Positions 58,753 to 64,000 of a stretch of 64,000 nt of DNA are shown here, one piece after another. Position 1 is the stretch's first letter. Every line of letters begins with the position of its first letter. The stretch comes from Piromyces finnis finn (Eukaryota; Fungi; Neocallimastigomycota): contig MCFH01000003.1 of the NCBI GenBank assembly GCA_002104945.1, forward strand, positions 372,001 to 436,000. Reading direction: 5' to 3'. The position numbers and the translations under genes were made by a program. Below the pieces are notes generated by a model. The model saw nothing but the letters and a program-made list of their open reading frames with translations, was not told the DNA's origin and searched no databases.

Positions 58753-61700
58753 GGCATCAAATATTTTAAACTTTATTATTAATTTAATTAAAATTATAAT
58801 ACATGTAATAAAAAATTAAAAATAAAAATAAAAATAAAAAAAATATGTTTAAATAAACACAAATGAATAAAAATTGGGTATAATGTATTCTAGTAATTTT
58901 AATTAAAGTAAGAAAGCCACTATCATACTAAAGTATAATAATTGTATTTGATTTCCAATGGGACACCGAGCCAAAGATCAAAATTTTGTCATGGAACAAA
59001 ATTATGATCTCCATTGGTTGCGCTGGCCCTCCTGGCCTGTCTTACTGTTTCTTCAGCATTGACGCTCTTGGATGTTGCTTCAAACCTTTTGAACATTGTC
59101 CATTGCTGGCCAATAGCAAAAGGCATGATTTTGGTTAGAAGTTCCGCGGTTACCGTCAAGAATGGTGTTCCTTCGTTAGTATCAGATTGAATCTGACGCT
59201 TACAAAGTTCTTTCCATTCCCTTGAATTGTAATTAATATTGTTAAAACTTCTTCCCCCAAGAAGGAATTTAAATATTTTACTGTACACACTAGAATAATC
59301 ATACACATTAATATTCACCGGATTATTAGAACTATTACTATCATTAACTAAATTACTATCTAAATTAGAATTATTATCTTCACTATTGCTATCATTACTA
59401 ATATTATTATTTCTATTATTGTTATTATTACTATTGTTACTATTACTATTGTTACTATTACTATTGTTATTACTACTATTGTTACTATTACTATTAATGT
59501 TATTACTATCTCTACTGATATTATCAATTTCATTATTATTGATAGGACTATTGGAATTACGTTGACTGAAAAAATTTAATAGCTGAACTATGGAATCATA
59601 ATGTTTAATACGGATATCTCTAAATGTTGGACAATCTAATAACCAATGTTTAATACTTTGAACACCACACTTGCAACATGGACAGTAGTTAGGACAAACT
59701 GGATCAACAAATTTGGCAGCTTTGGCAACTCTAGCATCCAACTTGTATCCGCTTCTTGCTTTCAATAGCCAGTAGAAGCCATAGGCAAACTCTGGGTATT
59801 CATAACATAATTTAATAAAATCTTTAGTTTCAATAAATTTATTATCATCATAATATTGCGCTTTGATTGAATTCCCTTTGAAATCTTTCCAATAAAAGTT
59901 TTTAACTGCTTTAACATCTCCATGTTTCTTTAGTTTTTTATCAAGTGTCCTACTTGATTTGCACCACGTGTATTTTCTAAATTTAGGAATGTAATTGACA
60001 AGGTGTGAGATAATACAATTTGAGTTTTTCCATTTGTTAAAACATCTAACCTGAGCTAACGCACATTTGGCTGACAATGGAGGAATATTCAAATCTTTTG
60101 AAATAGAGTATAAAGATATAAACGATACAGCTTTATGAACTCCGGCAACCCATCGTATTCCTTTGTTAACATGCTTCTGAGCAATTCTAGACCTAGCTTT
60201 GTTGGATCCAAGTAATGGTGCAAAGTATGAAACTCTGCTGATTACTTGTGAGTTAAGTACTAGTTTTTTGAAAGGAATAGGAATATTAGGATTTCTTAAG
60301 AATTTACTGACTGAGAAAAGTCCTTTCAAAACCTTGTTATTAAGAGCTTTAATTACTGGTTTAAGGGACAGATTCTTATCAAATGGAACACCAAGATAAG
60401 TATAGCAATCAGTAGTTGGAATGGGTTGTCCTGCTAAGTAAAATGTTGGATCTCTCTTGTTCTGATTTTCTATTGATTCAGGACGAATCACCATCGTTGA
60501 ACATTTCTGGATACCAAATTCCATTTCATTATACAGTGCCCATTCATTAACTCTTCTAAGCATCTTTTTTAAGCATCCTCTTGTTGGAGCACAAATAACT
60601 ATATCATCTGCAAAAAGTCCACCACAGCATCGAGTGTCACCTAAACTGACTCCTAGATCTTCGCACTCTCTAAATATATCATTAATAAAGAGATTAAAGA
60701 GAATAGGAGAAAGAGGGCATCCTTGACGGACTCCTTTCTTCACATCAAAAGATTTCGAGAATTGTCCATCTAATTTGACATTAGCCTTAGATGTTAAATA
60801 TAAATTTTTGATAAATTGTAGACTCTTACCTCGGATTCCTAAACAATCTAATTTATGGAGAATATTACCGATTGGGACTGAATCGTATGCTTTCCTGAGA
60901 TCTAAAAAGGCCAAATATGTCTCTTTATTATCTAATTGACGTCTACGGCATATTTCTTGGATTGAAATGAAAAGACTGATACTTTCTTCCTTTTTTCGAA
61001 AACCAAATTGTTCAGGTCTAATGAAATTATTCTTTAGACCATATTCTGAGATTCTAGTGGTGACAATTTTGGAGATCAACTTAATACCATTATTGATAAG
61101 TGATATACCTCGATAGTTATCACAATCTGTCAAATCTCCCTTCTTAGGAATAGAAACAATACTGGATTCATTCCATGAGTTGGGGAAATCTCCATCCCAA
61201 ATACGGTTAAATAATTTAAGAATAAAATTTAAACCATGAGCGTCATTATCTGAAGTAGTATTACCAGAAGAATTATTACCTGTAGCATTATTAGAATCAT
61301 TACTTGATGGAATTAATGCTTTGTAAAATTCAATTGGAATACCATCTGGACCTGATGCTTTATAATTTGGAGTAGAGAGGATAGCTGACTTGACTTCATC
61401 AATACTAATATCTTGGTTGATATCCCACTCATCAAGCATAGGAAGTGAAAAACGTTTATTCATTGGTTCTTCATACCAATGCTCAAAATCAAGACTTACA
61501 CCACTTGGGTCTGATGCAAGATTTTCGAAATGATCATGCCACACTTCTAGTTGTTCTTCCGTAGCAACAACTAATTCTCCATTTTTATTTTTAATTGGTT
61601 GAGCAATAAAGAAAGAATCTTTTCCAATTTTTGCAGTTTTCTTGATCCATTTCCAGGCCTTCTTAGGATTATGACTCTTCATATACTCACATCCTGTTTT

Positions 61701-62881
61701 AATCCAATGAAGATATTCTTGTTTCCTAAATTCATTACATCTTTTGTGGATGTAATCAATGAGCTTACGGTAGATTTTAATTCTTTTAATAAATTCATCT
61801 ATATCATAAATTCTTTCTTTTTTAAATCTCTTATACAACTTCATTTTGATTTTTTGAAGATTAAAAATTTGTTGTGAAATATGAAATGAAGACTTTATAA
61901 CATTATTTGCTGAAGTAATACTGAGCTCGTCTGCAATTGAAAAAGCAGTTGAAGTAAACTCTTTGGAAAGTTCATCTGTTGAAACATTAGGATCGTTGAA
62001 TTTTGCTGAAAGTATTTGGAATTTATTATGACTGAGAATAGATTCCTTTTCCTCAATACATTTTAATCTATTCCATTTCAGAATTTTCTTAGGAACATTA
62101 AAGTCATTAGAAAAATCTTCCATAGGAATAATTTTACCATTAATAAGAAGTGGCTTATGGTCTGATACAGGATAAAAATTATTTATAAATGATCCTGAGT
62201 GAATAAGATCTTTCATCTTCGAATTGATAAGAGCATGGTCAATGTCGGAAGATTGATCACCTCGAGTCCAAGAGATAGTAGACCCTCTAAGCGGAAGAAT
62301 TTCCCAATCTCCTAATCCATTAGTTGATAACCAGTTGGATAATTTTACTTTAGACATATTAAAATCACCAACAAGAATCGATGGATGGGATGAATGAGTT
62401 TGTAACCACAAGCGAACTTCTAACTTTGCATGATCAACATAGATGTTGTGATGACTATGAGGCATATAAACATTTCCAATCGAGCATTTGAATCTATTCC
62501 AGAGACTAAAAGTATAAATAGAAATAATATACTTTCCAGAGAAGTTTTCAAGTGAGGCTTGACACGAATTGTGAAAACCTAAATATAAACCTCTCATTCC
62601 AGGAACTGATTCATCAGCTTTCTTGAAAAAGTGTCTATAGTTTCGCAAAGTAACACGACAAGGATAATCTGTATTCGATCCAGAACCATTACCAGTTTCT
62701 TGGAAACATAAAAATAATGGTTTGAAAATAGCTGTGAAATAGCTAATACTATCTCTCTTTTCATGATTCCACCCATTAGTGTTCCAACTAAGACAAAAAG
62801 AAAAGTTATCAGGCTTGATGGATGAGGAAGAATCGTTGCTGTTATTATTATTATCAAGGTCATCATTATTAATGGATGATG
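58722..62881 (-). mobile_element. LINE copy B, 5'-truncated, with EN-RT-knuckle frame still open
   Basis: T28 at 58722-58749, same 3' UTR as A, open frame 58989 to about 62880; homology to A ends at aatggatgatg (62881), within the pre-EN linker. Confidence 0.96.
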
Positions 62882-62895
62882 AGGGCAACTGAAAT

Positions 62896-62898
<3 letters not shown>

Positions 62899-62934
<36 letters not shown>

Positions 62935-64000
62935 GGCATCAAATATTTTAAACTTTATTATTAATTTAATTAAAATTATAATACATGTAATAAAAAATTA
63001 AAAATAAATAAAAATAAAAAAAAATATGTTTAATAAACACAAATGAATAAAAATTGGGTATAATGTATTCTAGTAATTTTAATTAAAGTAAGAAAGCCAC
63101 TATCATACTAAAGTATAATAATTGTATTTGACTTCCAATGGGACACCGAGCCAAAGATCAAAATTTTGTCATGGAACAAAATTATGATCTCCATTGGTTG
63201 CGCTGGCCCTCCTGGCCTGTCTTACTGTTTCTTCAGCATTGACGCTCTTGGATGTTGCTTCAAACCTTTTGAACATTGACCATTGCTGGCCAATAGCAAA
63301 AGGCATGATTTTGGTTAGAAGTTCCGCGGTTACCGTCAAGAATGGTGTTCCTTCATTAGTACCAGATTGAATCTGACGCTTACAAAGTTCTTTCCATTCC
63401 CTTGAATTGTAATTAATATTGTTAAAACTTCTTCCCCCAAGAAGGAATTTAAATATTTTACTGCACACACTAGAATAATCATACACATTAATATTCACCG
63501 GATTATTAGAACTATTACTATCATTAACTAAATTACTATCTAAATTAGAATTATTATCTTCACTATTGCTATCATTATTAATATTATTATTTCTATTACT
63601 ACTATTGTTATTATTACTATTTCTATTATTACTATTACTACTATTGTTATTATTACTATTGTTATAATTATTATTGTTACTATTACTATTACTGTTATTG
63701 CTATCTCTACTGATATTATCAATTTCATTATTATTGATAGGACTATTGGAATTACGTTGACTGAAAAAATTTAATAGCTGGACTATGGAATCATAATGTT
63801 TAATACGGATATCTCTAAATGTTGGACAATCTAATAACCAATGTTTAATACTTTGATCTCCACACTTGCAACATGGACAGTAGTTAGGACAAACTGGATC
63901 AACAAATTTAGCAGCTTTGGCAACTCTAGCATCCAACTTATATCCGCTTCTTGCTTTCAATAGCCAGTAGAAGCCATAGGCAAACTCTGGGTACTCATAA
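62899..64000 (-). mobile_element. LINE copy C, 3' part, running off the window
   Basis: T33 at 62899-62931, same 3' UTR and C-terminal coding region as A and B. Confidence 0.96.

Noticed and set aside
54501-62866. Short ORFs overlapping the LINE ORFs (54501, 55901, 56896, 60199, 61599, 62594)
   Set aside because: Shadow ORFs, repeated only because the LINE is repeated.
58989-62942. MMPLKKKK N-termini of ORFs 58989..62942, 52676..53089 and 58497..58760
   Set aside because: These are the 3' UTR end and poly(A) of the neighbouring LINE read in frame by chance.
53042-64000. LINE array as an assembly duplication artefact
   Set aside because: Copies differ by many substitutions, in-frame indels, poly(A) lengths and truncation points; long-read confirmation is still advisable.

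Overview
Extremely AT-rich, intron-containing eukaryotic DNA. The composition, long (AAT)n/(AAC)n tracts, ankyrin expansion, solute-binding-protein/7TM fusion and a bacterial-type hydrolase point to an anaerobic gut fungus (Neocallimastigomycota); this is an inference. Bases 1-52 kb hold eight gene models built by hand: a DHA1 MFS transporter, an SBP-GPCR-like receptor, a signal peptide-TM-SH3 protein, an orphan, MOD5 tRNA dimethylallyltransferase, a Boi/Pob1 scaffold, a Cys-rich membrane protein and a 1515-aa ankyrin protein. Splice phases close in all seven multi-exon models; the 3' end of the Boi gene is uncertain. There are also two pseudogenes. Bases 52.3-64 kb are a same-orientation, head-to-tail array of an APE-endonuclease/RT non-LTR retrotransposon: one apparently full-length copy with an intact 1519-aa ORF, one 5'-truncated copy, one cut by the window end, and a mosaic relic. 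The best discovery candidate is a 569-bp element at 39198-39766 with a 13-bp target-site duplication, a 36-nt poly(A), a tRNA-Ala-like head, and a tail 37/41 identical to the 3' end of the LINE ORF, i.e. a putative SINE/LINE partner system. The LINE has a hairpin-dense leader with two ~125-bp monomers, and both elements share a 16-nt splice-donor motif. No database searches or folding programs were run.
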